This document shows, piece after piece, positions 47,676-56,893 of a DNA stretch of 64,000 nucleotides; position 1 is the first letter of the stretch; each line of letters opens with the position of its first letter. This DNA is from an uncultured Deinococcaceae bacterium. Lineage in GTDB: Bacteria; Deinococcota; Deinococci; Deinococcales; Deinococcaceae. Under the pieces are notes generated by a model. The model did not search any database. It worked only from the letters and a program-made list of their open reading frames with translations, and was not told the origin of the DNA. A program made the position numbers and the translations under genes. The DNA lies in the NCBI GenBank assembly GCA_964252075.1, contig CAXULY010000005.1, positions 100,642 through 164,641 of the forward strand, read 5' to 3'.

Positions 47676-48584
47676 ATGGCTGCGCCCGTCCCCCGACTCG
47701 CGGCGCGCGTCGCCCCAGCGCTGTTCGTCGCGCTGTGGAGCACCGGGTTCATCGGCGCGAAGTACGCCCTCCCGGACGCCCCACCATTCACGCTGCTGCT
47801 GCTGCGCTGCGTGCTCGCCGCACTCCTCCTGACCGGCGTGGGCCTCCTGCGGCGTAGCGCCTGGCCACGCGGTCCGCGCGGCTGGTTGCACGCGGCCGTG
47901 GCGGGCCTCCTCATCCACGCGGGTTACCTCAGCGGCGTGTTCCTCGCCATTCATTACCAGCTTCCCGCGGGCGTGACCTCCCTCGTGGTCGGCCTCCAGC
48001 CGCCCCTCACGGCGCTCCTCGCGGCGCCCCTGCTGGGCGAGCGCCTCACCGCGCGGCAGTGGCTGGGCCTCGCGCTGGGCTTCGCGGGCGTGGTGCTGGT
48101 CGTCGGGTGGCGCGGCGGCAGCTTCGGCGTGCCCGCCCTGCTCGCGGTGCTGTTCGCGCTGGCGTGCACCACCCTGGGCGGCCTGTACCAGCGCCGCTTC
48201 GGCGGCGACATGCCGCTCATCACTGGCACGGCCGTGCAGTACGCGGCGAGCGCCGTCGCGCTCCTCCCCCTGGCGCTCGGGGAGTCTGGCGGCGTGCATT
48301 GGTCCCTGCAGTTCGTGCTGGCCCTCACGTGGCTGGTGCTGGGCCTCTCGGTGGGTGCCGTCCTCATCCTGCTGTGGCTGCTGAGGCGCGCGCCCGCCTC
48401 GCAGGTCACGAGCCTCATGTACCTCGTGCCGCCCCTCACGGCGCTCGAAGCGTACGCGCTGTTCGGCGAGCGGCTGGGCTGGGCGGGGGTGCTTGGCATG
48501 GTGCTTGCGGTGGTCGGGGTGAGTTTCAGCGCGCGCGGACTGGCGCGCGAGCGGCGCGTGGATGTTCCGGAAGCCGTGCCGTAA
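47676..48584 (+). CDS. EamA/DMT family transporter
   Basis: About 10 TM, LWSTGFIGAKY, YLVPPLTA. Confidence 0.92.
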   Translation: MAAPVPRLAARVAPALFVALWSTGFIGAKYALPDAPPFTLLLLRCVLAALLLTGVGLLRRSAWPRGPRGWLHAAVAGLLIHAGYLSGVFLAIHYQLPAGVTSLVVGLQPPLTALLAAPLLGERLTARQWLGLALGFAGVVLVVGWRGGSFGVPALLAVLFALACTTLGGLYQRRFGGDMPLITGTAVQYAASAVALLPLALGESGGVHWSLQFVLALTWLVLGLSVGAVLILLWLLRRAPASQVTSLMYLVPPLTALEAYALFGERLGWAGVLGMVLAVVGVSFSARGLARERRVDVPEAVP

Positions 48585-48606
48585 AACAGTGGCATTGAGT
48601 GGCCGG

Positions 48607-48737
48607 GCGTCACGACCCCTCCACCGGACGGGGACGTGACGCCGCGTTGAACCCGCCCGCGCTCATGAATAGCGTCATTCAGGCCTTCTCCCGTGGCACG
48701 TTCATCCGGACATGCGCTGCCTGGGGGGTCGTGACGC
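48607..48737. repeat. 13-bp inverted repeat pair bounding 131 bp
   Basis: GCGTCACGACCCC (48607-48619) and GGGGTCGTGACGC (48725-48737). Confidence 0.45.
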
Positions 48738-48819
48738 GGGATGCTGGTCCAGGGGGCGGTCCGCGGCCTTCTCGCTTGCGCCTTCACGCGCCCGGCGCCG
48801 CGCTCTACCATGCAGGCGC

Positions 48820-49140
48820 GTGAACTTCCTTGACCTCCTCAAGCCGTACCTGCCGGACCTGTCCGTGGGGGCGCTGCTGGGCTTCTGCGCCGGGTACGCC
48901 ATCAAGAAGATCGGGAAGGTCGCCGTTTTCGTGCTGGGCGCCATCTTCATCCTGATTCAGGTGCTGGCGTACCTGGGCCTCCTCACCGTGAACTGGGTGA
49001 AAGTGCAGGCCCTCACCGAGCCGTGGCTGCGCGAGGGCGGCGAGCACTTCAGCGGCTGGGTGATGCGCGTCATCCAGACGAACCTGCCGTTCGGCGGGGC
49101 GTTCGTGGCGGGCCTGCTGGTGGGTCTGCGCGTGCGGTGA
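48820..49140 (+). CDS. FUN14-family small membrane protein
   Basis: LSVGALLGFCAGYAIKKIGK...LAYLGLLTVNW...NLPFGGAFVAGLLVG. Confidence 0.85.
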   Translation: MNFLDLLKPYLPDLSVGALLGFCAGYAIKKIGKVAVFVLGAIFILIQVLAYLGLLTVNWVKVQALTEPWLREGGEHFSGWVMRVIQTNLPFGGAFVAGLLVGLRVR

Positions 49141-49209
49141 GGGCGGGGGGTCCGCTACACTTTTCTGCGGCCCCGGCCTGTTTCGCCGGACCGCCGCACT
49201 GGAGGAAGC

Positions 49210-49923
49210 ATGTCCCGCATCCCGAACGAACACCGGTTCCGTTACTTCGACCTCATCATGGGCACCTTCGCGGTGGTGCTGGTGGTCTCGAACATCGCCT
49301 CCACCAAGACCGCCACGGCGAACCTCGGGTTCTGGCGGCCCGCCTTCGACGGCGGCACCATCCTGTTCCCCCTCACGTACATCTTCGGGGACGTGCTCAC
49401 CGAAGTGTACGGGTATGCGCGCTCGCGGCGCGTCATCTGGTTCGGGCTCGCCATGAACCTGCTCGCCACGCTGGTCTTCGCGTTCGTCGCGGGCCTCCCC
49501 ACCGACCCCAGCAGCCCCACCAAGGGCGCCTTCGAGACGGTGCTGGGGTTCGTGCCGCGCATCGTGCTGGCGTCCACCATTGCGTTCTTCGTGGGGGAGT
49601 TCCTGAACTCCTTCGTGCTGGCGCGCCTGAAGGTCCTCACGCAGGGCCGCTGGCTGTGGACGCGCACCATCGGTTCCACGCTGATCGGGCAGGGCGCCGA
49701 CACCCTCACCTTCAGCCTGATCGCCTTCCTGGGCGTCCTGCCGAACGACGTGCTGTGGGGCCTGATCCTCTTCAATTACGTGTACAAGGTGGGCATCGAG
49801 GTGGTGCTGACGCCCGCGACGTACGCCGTCGTGCGGTTCCTGAAGCGCGCCGAGGGCGTCGATCACTTCGACCGCACCACGGACTTCAACCCCTTCAAGC
49901 TGCGCGTCGGTTCGGAATCCTAA
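49210..49923 (+). CDS. yhhQ: Queuosine precursor transporter (YhhQ/COG1738)
   Basis: SNIASTK, FPLTYIFGDVLTEVYG, PRIVLAS, WLWTRTIGST, DT...IAF. Confidence 0.9.
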   Translation: MSRIPNEHRFRYFDLIMGTFAVVLVVSNIASTKTATANLGFWRPAFDGGTILFPLTYIFGDVLTEVYGYARSRRVIWFGLAMNLLATLVFAFVAGLPTDPSSPTKGAFETVLGFVPRIVLASTIAFFVGEFLNSFVLARLKVLTQGRWLWTRTIGSTLIGQGADTLTFSLIAFLGVLPNDVLWGLILFNYVYKVGIEVVLTPATYAVVRFLKRAEGVDHFDRTTDFNPFKLRVGSES

Positions 49924-49979
49924 AGGCGTCCCACACCGGCCTTCAGGTGGGTCGTGGCAGGGCCGTGTATGGTGTGCGG

Positions 49980-50231
49980 ATGAGGCTGGCGCTGACGTGG
50001 TACGTGTTCGGGCTGGTGCTGGTGGGGTGGGGCCTGACACTGGCCCGCGAATTGCATTGGCTGCCCGCGGTGGCGCTGCCGCTGGAACGGGTGGCAGGGT
50101 ACGCGGTGCTGGGCGCCATCCCGTTCTTCATCGTGGCGCTCGTGGTGGCCCTGTGGCCCAGCCGCGAGCGCGCGCTGTACGGGGACAGCCGGTGGGTTGG
50201 TCCGGAGCACGACCACCAGGCAGCCGACTGA
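49980..50231 (+). CDS. Small two-TM hypothetical protein (83 aa)
   Basis: MRLALTWYVFGLVLVGW...; leaderless TATGGT-6-ATG. Confidence 0.65.
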   Translation: MRLALTWYVFGLVLVGWGLTLARELHWLPAVALPLERVAGYAVLGAIPFFIVALVVALWPSRERALYGDSRWVGPEHDHQAAD

Positions 50232-50567
50232 GCCCGGAGGTGGCGCGTGCGCTCTCCGGGCGGTGATGGTGGCCGCTGACAGTCGTGAACGCCAGCGCCG
50301 CTGTTCCTCTTGGTGTCAGGTCCGCAGGCGGTTGGCCGCGTCCTCAGGAGTGCGTGCACCTGAGTGTCATGAATTCCACCCACCTCTGGCGCGAAAGCGG
50401 TCTGTGCGAGCATGGGGAATCCGGGGGCTGCATCACGTGGGTGGTGAGGCGTTCTCGGGACTGGCCCACCCACCTGCGCCAATGACCCCTTCCATGCACT
50501 CGCCTCGGGCGATGGTCGTTGTCGGGCATGCGGCGCGCCTGTGTGCCGCCACACGCGGTGGGCGCGG

Positions 50568-51317
50568 ATGAGCCCCCGTGGTGGGCCGCTGGCGCAGCTC
50601 ACGGAGGCGCGCGGGCGGTTGCGCGCCGCGCGTCGAGTGGCGGTCCTGACGGGCGCGGGCGTCAGCGCGGACAGTGGCATCCCGACCTTCAGGGACGCGC
50701 AGGAGGGCCTGTGGGCGCGGTACCGCCCGGAAGACCTCGCGACCCCGCAAGCGTACGCCCGCGACCCGCAGCTGGTGTGGCGCTGGTACGCGTGGCGGTA
50801 CGCCCTGTGCGCGCAGGCCCGCCCGAACGCCGCGCACGCGCGCCTCGCGGCGCTGGAGGCGACGCTGGGGGAGGGCTTCACGCTCGTCACGCAGAACGTG
50901 GACGGCCTGCACGCTCGCGCGGGGAGCCGCCGCGTGCTGGAACTGCACGGCAACCTGGGCCGGGCGCGCTGCGCGCGATGCGGGCACACGCAGGCCCTGC
51001 CCGCACCGGAGGCCTTCACGCCGCCGCCCGTGTGCGCGGTGTGCGGCGCGGCCATGCGGCCCGACGTGGTGTGGTTCGGAGAGGCCCTCCCGCACGCGGC
51101 ACTGGAGGGCGCGTGGCTGGCCTTCGAGCGCTGCGAGGTGGCGCTGGTGATCGGCACGAGCGGCGTCGTGCAGCCCGCCGCGAGCCTCGCGGAGGTCGCC
51201 CGGCGCGCGGGCGCGGTGGTCATCGAGGTGAACCCGCAGGAGACACCGCTGAGCGCCCGCGCGGATTGCAGCGTGCGGGCGGGGGCGGCGCAGGGGCTCG
51301 CGGCCCTGCTCGATTAG
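50568..51317 (+). CDS. cobB: NAD-dependent protein deacylase (sirtuin)
   Basis: [28 protein letters not shown], two Cxx[21 protein letters not shown]. Confidence 0.93.
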   Translation: MSPRGGPLAQLTEARGRLRAARRVAVLTGAGVSADSGIPTFRDAQEGLWARYRPEDLATPQAYARDPQLVWRWYAWRYALCAQARPNAAHARLAALEATLGEGFTLVTQNVDGLHARAGSRRVLELHGNLGRARCARCGHTQALPAPEAFTPPPVCAVCGAAMRPDVVWFGEALPHAALEGAWLAFERCEVALVIGTSGVVQPAASLAEVARRAGAVVIEVNPQETPLSARADCSVRAGAAQGLAALLD

Positions 51318-52192
51318 GTGTCGCTGGATTCGTCGCCCGTCGCGGTGGGGCGTGCGTCGTCACTGATCCAGTCGCTCCAGCTGCCCGCGTACAGTTGCGT
51401 GTCCTCGCCCGGCTCGCGGCCCGTGACGGCCAGCGCCAGCAGGTTCGCGGCCGCGGACACGCCTGAACCGCAGTACACGATGGCCTGCCGCCCGTTCAGC
51501 GCGCTGAGCCGCGCGGCCTGCTCACCTGCGGGGCGCCAGAAGCCGTGCTCGTCCAGGGCGCCCGCCCAGTCGGCGTTCAGGGCGCCGGGAATGTGCCCCG
51601 CCTTCGTGTCGAGGGGCTCCACCTCCCCGCGGTAGCGGGGCGCGGCGCGCGAGTCCAGCAGCGCCGTGCCCGCCGCGCGGTCCGCGACGGCCTGCGCGCT
51701 CGCCACCCATGCGTCTCGCGGGCGCGCGGCGAAGGGCGCGGGGGGGAACTCGGGCGTGGCGTCGCTCACGTCAGCGCCCGCTGCGACCCACGCGGGCCAG
51801 CCGCCGTCCAGCACCCGCACGCGGTCGTGCCCCAGCCAGCGCAGCAGCCACCACGCGCGCGCCGCGAACATCCCGCCGCCCGCCCGCGGGTCGTCGTACG
51901 CGACGACGGTGTGCGCGTCCCCGACGCCCAGCTCACCCAGGCGCGCGGCGAGCGCCTGCGCGTCCGGCAGGGGGTGGCGGCCCCCCGCGCCGCCCGGCTG
52001 CACGGGGCCGCTCAGGTCCGTTTCGAGGTTCACGTACACGGCGCCCGGCACGTGCCCCGTGAGGTACGCGAACTGCCCGGAGAGCGCGTCGCGCAGGTCG
52101 AAGCGGCAGTCCAGCACGCGCAGGTCCGGGTCGTGCAGGTGGTCGCGCAGCCACTCGGCGCTCACCAGCGGGGAGGAGGGAAGCTCAGGCAT
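51314..52192 (-). CDS. Tandem-rhodanese sulfurtransferase
   Basis: [36 protein letters not shown]. Confidence 0.94.
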   Translation of the reverse strand: MPELPSSPLVSAEWLRDHLHDPDLRVLDCRFDLRDALSGQFAYLTGHVPGAVYVNLETDLSGPVQPGGAGGRHPLPDAQALAARLGELGVGDAHTVVAYDDPRAGGGMFAARAWWLLRWLGHDRVRVLDGGWPAWVAAGADVSDATPEFPPAPFAARPRDAWVASAQAVADRAAGTALLDSRAAPRYRGEVEPLDTKAGHIPGALNADWAGALDEHGFWRPAGEQAARLSALNGRQAIVYCGSGVSAAANLLALAVTGREPGEDTQLYAGSWSDWISDDARPTATGDESSDT

Positions 52193-52228
52193 GCCCCGAG
52201 TGTACGGCGGCCTTGGCCGGGCGCGCAG

Positions 52229-52741
52229 TCAGGGCTCGGCGGTGAGGCCGCCGCTCGCGGCGAGCACCACCAGGAGCGGCACCACGCGCGCGCCCGGCAC
52301 GCGGTAGCGCCCGCGGCCCTCCGCGACCAGCCAGCCGGCCGCCTGCAGGTCGCGCAGGTGATGGTAGAGTTTGCCGCTGCCGCTGAGTTCCTCGGTGGCC
52401 TGCCACTGCGCGACGGTGCGTTCGCCGCGCAGCACGCGCTGCAGCAGCGCGAGGCGCAGGGGGTGACCGAGGGCCGCCAGGGCGTCTGCCGCGCCGTCCC
52501 ACGGAGCGCGCAGGAGGGGCGTGGCGGCGTGCCCCATCTGCCAGCCGTACTCGGTGCCGTCCGGGAGGGTGACCTGCCCGGCGTACACCACCGCGCCGCC
52601 CGGCGGGGCGCGCCGCTGCAGCTCCGCGAGCGCCCAGAAGTCCGGGGGGGCGGGCACGCCGGAGGGCGGTGGGGCTCCCTGGCGGGCTTCCAGTTCGGCG
52701 ACGCGCGCTTCCAGGGCGGACAGGCGCTCCTCGACGGTCAT
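52229..52741 (-). CDS. ArsR-like HTH transcriptional regulator
   Basis: LAALGHPLRLALL and SGKLYHHLRDLQAAGW. Confidence 0.85.
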   Translation of the reverse strand: MTVEERLSALEARVAELEARQGAPPPSGVPAPPDFWALAELQRRAPPGGAVVYAGQVTLPDGTEYGWQMGHAATPLLRAPWDGAADALAALGHPLRLALLQRVLRGERTVAQWQATEELSGSGKLYHHLRDLQAAGWLVAEGRGRYRVPGARVVPLLVVLAASGGLTAEP

Positions 52742-52751
52742 GACGGACAGG

Positions 52752-53849
52752 CTAGCGCTTCAGGGCCTCCAGCAATTTCGGCCCGAAGGCCGGGTCCTGC
52801 GTGAGCAGGAGCGTCACGGCCTCCAGTTGCCCCTGCAGGCGTGCGGCGTCGTTCGGCGGGACGTTCTGCAGGAAGAGGCTCGCGGTCGCGCGCCGCCCGT
52901 CCAGCGTCTCGTATGCGATGCTCTGCATCAGCACGCCCGGCAGGCTGCCGCCCTTCGCGAGGAGCGCGCGGTACACGCTGGCGTTCGCGGGGTTCACGCG
53001 CATGGGCCAGCCCAGGTGGCGGCGCATGATGTCGCTCGCCTGCGGGCCGAACACCTCGCCCGCGAGGGTGCGGCGCAGCAGGTCCGTGTAGTCGCGGGTG
53101 GTGCCGCGCGTGTCGGTGAGGCTCGCGGTGCCCTGCAGGTCCGGCGCGGGGCGCCGCGTGAGGCGCAGGGCCAGGGCCGAGGCGAAGCCGGGTTGCTGCA
53201 GGGCGCGCGCGAGCACCCAGCTGCGGTCCGCGCGGCCCTGCGCGCTCAGCTGCGCGAACCCCACCTCGGCCGGGTCGAGCCACGCGGTGAACAGCCCCGA
53301 AAGCGGCGCGAGCGGGTCCTGCCCACGCAGGTTCAGGTCGCGCGCGGCGGCGTCCAGGCGCGCGCGGCCCAGGCGGAACATCAGCGCGTCGGTGGCGGCG
53401 TTGTCGCTCGTCTCGATCATGAAGCGCGCGAGCGTGTCGAGCGGCACGGTGCGGTCCGCGTCCCGCGCGTGGCCGTCTTGCGTGGCGGGCAGACCGAGCG
53501 CCTTCAGGCTCGCGGCGTGCGCGCCGCCGTCGGTGCCGGGCAGGAAGGAGCGCTCCCAGTCGCGCAGCGTCACGGGCTGCGCGGGGTTCAGGTCGCCAGC
53601 CGCGACCGCGCGGGCGTACGCGGCCAGCACCACCACCTTGCGGGTGGAGGCGAGCGGCATGGGCTGATCGGCGTTCCAGTCCAGCCGCGCGCCGGGCCTG
53701 CTGAGGTCCAGGGCGCTGAAAGCAACGTCCTGTGGGTGCTGCGCGGCGTACGCCAGGAAGGACGCCTCCACATCCTGCACGGCGCTGGGCGCACCCTGTG
53801 CGAGCGCCGCGCCGATCAGGAGGACCAGCAGGGGGAAGGACCGTTTCAT
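52752..53849 (-). CDS. Secreted serine hydrolase (class A beta-lactamase-like)
   Basis: Signal peptide; SxxK (ASTRK), SDN and KGG motifs. Leaderless TACTGT-6-ATG. Confidence 0.85.
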   Translation of the reverse strand: MKRSFPLLVLLIGAALAQGAPSAVQDVEASFLAYAAQHPQDVAFSALDLSRPGARLDWNADQPMPLASTRKVVVLAAYARAVAAGDLNPAQPVTLRDWERSFLPGTDGGAHAASLKALGLPATQDGHARDADRTVPLDTLARFMIETSDNAATDALMFRLGRARLDAAARDLNLRGQDPLAPLSGLFTAWLDPAEVGFAQLSAQGRADRSWVLARALQQPGFASALALRLTRRPAPDLQGTASLTDTRGTTRDYTDLLRRTLAGEVFGPQASDIMRRHLGWPMRVNPANASVYRALLAKGGSLPGVLMQSIAYETLDGRRATASLFLQNVPPNDAARLQGQLEAVTLLLTQDPAFGPKLLEALKR

Positions 53850-53928
53850 ACTAGTACAGTAATACAGAAAAATGTAGTGAAGCTCTTGTGTAAAGAGAGT
53901 GGCAAGGCCGCACGCCGGGCCCACCCCG

Positions 53929-54654
53929 CTAGCGCTTGTCGCCCACGTGCAGCGCCGCAATCCCGAAGGTCAGCAGGCGGTAACGCGTCTGGAAGCCACT
54001 CGCGTGCATCAGCAGCGCCAGACGCTCCGGCGGCGGGAAGGCCAGCACGCTCTCCGGCAGGTACGTGTACGCCCCCGCGTTCCCGCTCACGAGGCCCCCG
54101 ATGCGCGGCAGCACCTGCTGGAAATACAGCCGGAACAGCGCCCCGAACAGGCCCCTGCCGGGCGGCGGGAACTCCAGAATCACGAGCCGCCCGCCCGGCC
54201 GCAGCACCCGCCACATCTCCGCGAGGCCCCGCGCGTAATCCGAGAAGTTCCGGAAGCCGAACGCGCACGTCACCGCGTCGAAACTCCCATCCTGGTAGGG
54301 GAGGGCCAGCGCGTCCCCCTCCTCCAGCCGCACGCTGAGGCCCTGCGCGGCGGCCTTGCCCCGCCCGATCTCCAGCATCTCCGGCACGAAATCGCAGCCG
54401 ATCACCTCGGTGCCCGGCGCGCGGCGCTTGATCTCCAGTGCGAAATCCGCCGTGCCCGTCGCGACATCCAGCACCCGCGCGGGCGTCAGGCGCAGCGCCT
54501 CGTCCGTCGCGGCGCGCCGCCAGCCGCGGTCCACGCCGAGGCTCAGCACGCGGTTCAGCAGGTCGTACCGCCCCGCGATGCTGGCGAACATGCGGCGCAC
54601 GCCCTCGGCGCGGTCCTGCTGGTCACCCACGGGCGGGCGTTCGGAAACCGTCAT
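53929..54654 (-). CDS. ubiE: Demethylmenaquinone methyltransferase (UbiE/MenG)
   Basis: MFASIAGRYDLLN, LDVATGTAD, FGFRNF, RVLRPGG, YTYLPES. Confidence 0.93.
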   Translation of the reverse strand: MTVSERPPVGDQQDRAEGVRRMFASIAGRYDLLNRVLSLGVDRGWRRAATDEALRLTPARVLDVATGTADFALEIKRRAPGTEVIGCDFVPEMLEIGRGKAAAQGLSVRLEEGDALALPYQDGSFDAVTCAFGFRNFSDYARGLAEMWRVLRPGGRLVILEFPPPGRGLFGALFRLYFQQVLPRIGGLVSGNAGAYTYLPESVLAFPPPERLALLMHASGFQTRYRLLTFGIAALHVGDKR

Positions 54655-54707
54655 GGAAGCCATCATAGCGGGCCTCCCGTCGCCTCACGTCCCGGCCCGC
54701 CGCGCGG

Positions 54708-55133
54708 TCAGCGGCCCTTCGCGGGCGTCACGAAACCCACGCGCTCGAAGGCGAGGCGCCCCGCGCGCGAGAACACGATCAGGTGATCGCGGTTCACCAC
54801 GTACCGGCGGGCGTCGTTCAGGTCCTTCAGGAAGTCGCCGCGCACCGCGATCAGGCAGCGCACCTGGCTCGTCACCTGGGCGCCCGTGAAGCGCACCTCA
54901 TTGCGCCCCGCCTGCACGCGGCCCTCGAAGCGCGCGCAGCCGTACGTGCCCCAGATGCGGTCGCCGCTGATGAACAGCTGCGCGCCCACGGGCGCGGTGC
55001 GCTGACCGTCCGCCGCGCGCTCGGTCAGGCCCGTGAGGTTCCAGATGCCGTTCAGGGGCGCGGGCGTGCCCGTCTGGGCGTGCGCGGCGGGGAGGGCCAG
55101 AGTGAGCGCGAGGGGCAGCAGGTAGGAACGCAT
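54708..55133 (-). CDS. Secreted META (HslJ-like) domain protein
   Basis: Signal peptide; GTYGCARFEG...C...FL pattern. Confidence 0.7.
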   Translation of the reverse strand: MRSYLLPLALTLALPAAHAQTGTPAPLNGIWNLTGLTERAADGQRTAPVGAQLFISGDRIWGTYGCARFEGRVQAGRNEVRFTGAQVTSQVRCLIAVRGDFLKDLNDARRYVVNRDHLIVFSRAGRLAFERVGFVTPAKGR

Positions 55134-55190
55134 GACCGCAGGCTGGCGCGCGCGCGTGACGGTCGTCTGACCGGAGGTGATACTGAAGGC

Positions 55191-55961
55191 ATGCAGATTG
55201 ACCTGAATGCCGACGCGGGCGAGTCCTTCGGCGCGTGGACCATGGGGGACGACGAGGCGCTCTTCGCGCTGCTGTCCAGCGTGAACGTCGCGTGCGGCTT
55301 CCACGCCGGCGACCCCCTCACCATGCTGGCCTCCTTGGAGCGCGCCCGCCGGCACGGCGTGGGGGTGGGCGCGCACCCCGGCTACCCGGACCGCGTGGGC
55401 TTCGGGCGGCGCATCATGGACGCCACGCCCGAGCAGGTGCACGCGGACGTGCTCTACCAGATCAGCGCGCTCGCCGGGATGGCGAGCGCGACCGGCGTCA
55501 CCCTGCGGCACGTGAAGGCGCACGGCGCGCTCTCCACGCGCGCGTGGACGCACGCCGAGACCGCCGCCGCCGTCGCGCAGGCCACCCGCGACTTCGACCC
55601 CACCCTGCCGCTGCTGGTGCTGCCCGCCACGCACCTGGAGACGCAGGCGCGCAAGCTCGGCGTGCCCGTGGTGCTGGAAGCGTACCCGGAGCGCGCGTAC
55701 CTGCAGGACGGGCGCCTCGCGCCGCGCAGCATGCCGGGCTCCAGCATCCACGACCCCACCGAGGCCGCCCGGCGCGCCGTGCTGATGGTCACCGAGGGCC
55801 GCATCGAAGCGCTGGACGGCGGGTACTTCGAGTTCGAAGTGGACACCCTGTGCATCCACGGCGACAACCCGCAGGCGGTGCCCATCGCGCGCGCCGTGCG
55901 CGCCGCGCTGGACGCCGAGGGCATCGAGGTGCGCGCCTTCACGGTGCCGGGTCAGGCGTGA
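55191..55961 (+). CDS. pxpA: 5-oxoprolinase subunit A (LamB/YcsF)
   Basis: IDLNADAGESFG, NVACGFHAGDP, GAHPGYPD, HVKAHGAL, TLCIHGD. Confidence 0.93.
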   Translation: MQIDLNADAGESFGAWTMGDDEALFALLSSVNVACGFHAGDPLTMLASLERARRHGVGVGAHPGYPDRVGFGRRIMDATPEQVHADVLYQISALAGMASATGVTLRHVKAHGALSTRAWTHAETAAAVAQATRDFDPTLPLLVLPATHLETQARKLGVPVVLEAYPERAYLQDGRLAPRSMPGSSIHDPTEAARRAVLMVTEGRIEALDGGYFEFEVDTLCIHGDNPQAVPIARAVRAALDAEGIEVRAFTVPGQA

Positions 55962-56893
55962 ACCGCCCCGCCCCGGAGCGCCTGGAGCGCTCGCAGCTGT
56001 ACGTGCCCGCCAGCCACTGGCGCATGATCGAGAAGGCCGCCGCGAGCGACGCGGACGCCGTCGTGCTGGACCTCGAGGACGCCGTCGCACCCGAGGAGAA
56101 GGCGGGCGCGCGCGCGAACGCCGTGCGCGCCCTCACCGAACTGGAGTTCGGGCCCCGCCTGCGCCTCGTGCGCATGAACGCGCTGGACACGCCCTTCGCG
56201 TACCGCGACCTCACGGAGGTGCTGGAGGCCGCCGGGGACCGCGTGGACCTCGTGATGCTCCCCAAGGCGAACGCGCCGCGCGACGTGCACTTCGTGGAGA
56301 CCCTGCTGGACCAGATCGAGGCCGCGCGCGGCTTCACGCGCCGCATTGGCATCGAGGCGCAGGTGGAGACGGCCGCGGGCGTCCTGAACGCCCGCGAGCT
56401 CGCGGGCGCCTCCCCGCGGCTGGAGGCGCTGATCTTCGGGCACGGGGACTTCGCGGCGAGCGCCCGCATGCCGCTGGAGCACATCGGGGAGCGCGGCGCG
56501 CACGACGCGGCGTACCCCGGCGACCGCTGGCACTTCGCGCTGCAGAGCGTGGTGCTGGCCGCCCGCGCGCACGGCCTGCGCTGCCTGGACGGCCCCTACG
56601 CGGGCCTGCAGAACCCGGAAGGCCTGCACGAGGCGGCCGTGATCGCGCGCGCGCTCGGCTTCGACGGCAAGCAGTGCATCCACCCGAAGCAACTGAGCGC
56701 CGTGAACGCCGTCTTCTCCCCGAGCGCGCGTGACGTCGCGCAGGCGCAGGCCATCCTGGCGGCGCTGGAGGACGCGCGCCGCGCGGGCCGCGGCGCGGCG
56801 CAACTGGACGGGCGCATGGTGGACGCCGCGAACGTCCGGGTGGCGCGCGAGACGCTCGCGCGCCACGGTCAGGTGCAGGAGCGCGGCGCGTGA
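55958..56893 (+). CDS. CitE/HpcH-family CoA ester lyase
   Basis: RSQLYVPA, LDLEDAV, LPK, QVET, FGHGDF, LGFDGKQCIHP, DGRMVD. GTGA overlaps on both sides. Confidence 0.9.
   Translation: MNRPAPERLERSQLYVPASHWRMIEKAAASDADAVVLDLEDAVAPEEKAGARANAVRALTELEFGPRLRLVRMNALDTPFAYRDLTEVLEAAGDRVDLVMLPKANAPRDVHFVETLLDQIEAARGFTRRIGIEAQVETAAGVLNARELAGASPRLEALIFGHGDFAASARMPLEHIGERGAHDAAYPGDRWHFALQSVVLAARAHGLRCLDGPYAGLQNPEGLHEAAVIARALGFDGKQCIHPKQLSAVNAVFSPSARDVAQAQAILAALEDARRAGRGAAQLDGRMVDAANVRVARETLARHGQVQERGA

Noticed and set aside
49156..49209. preQ1 riboswitch upstream of yhhQ
   Set aside because: There is a ~40-nt leader hairpin, but no GGUUC loop or A-rich tail of preQ1-I and it is too short for classes II/III.
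46329..51317. HD dNTPase-like gene and sirtuin as an anti-phage island
   Set aside because: Host-like GC, housekeeping neighbours and a classical Zn-binding CobB rather than a defence SIR2 domain.
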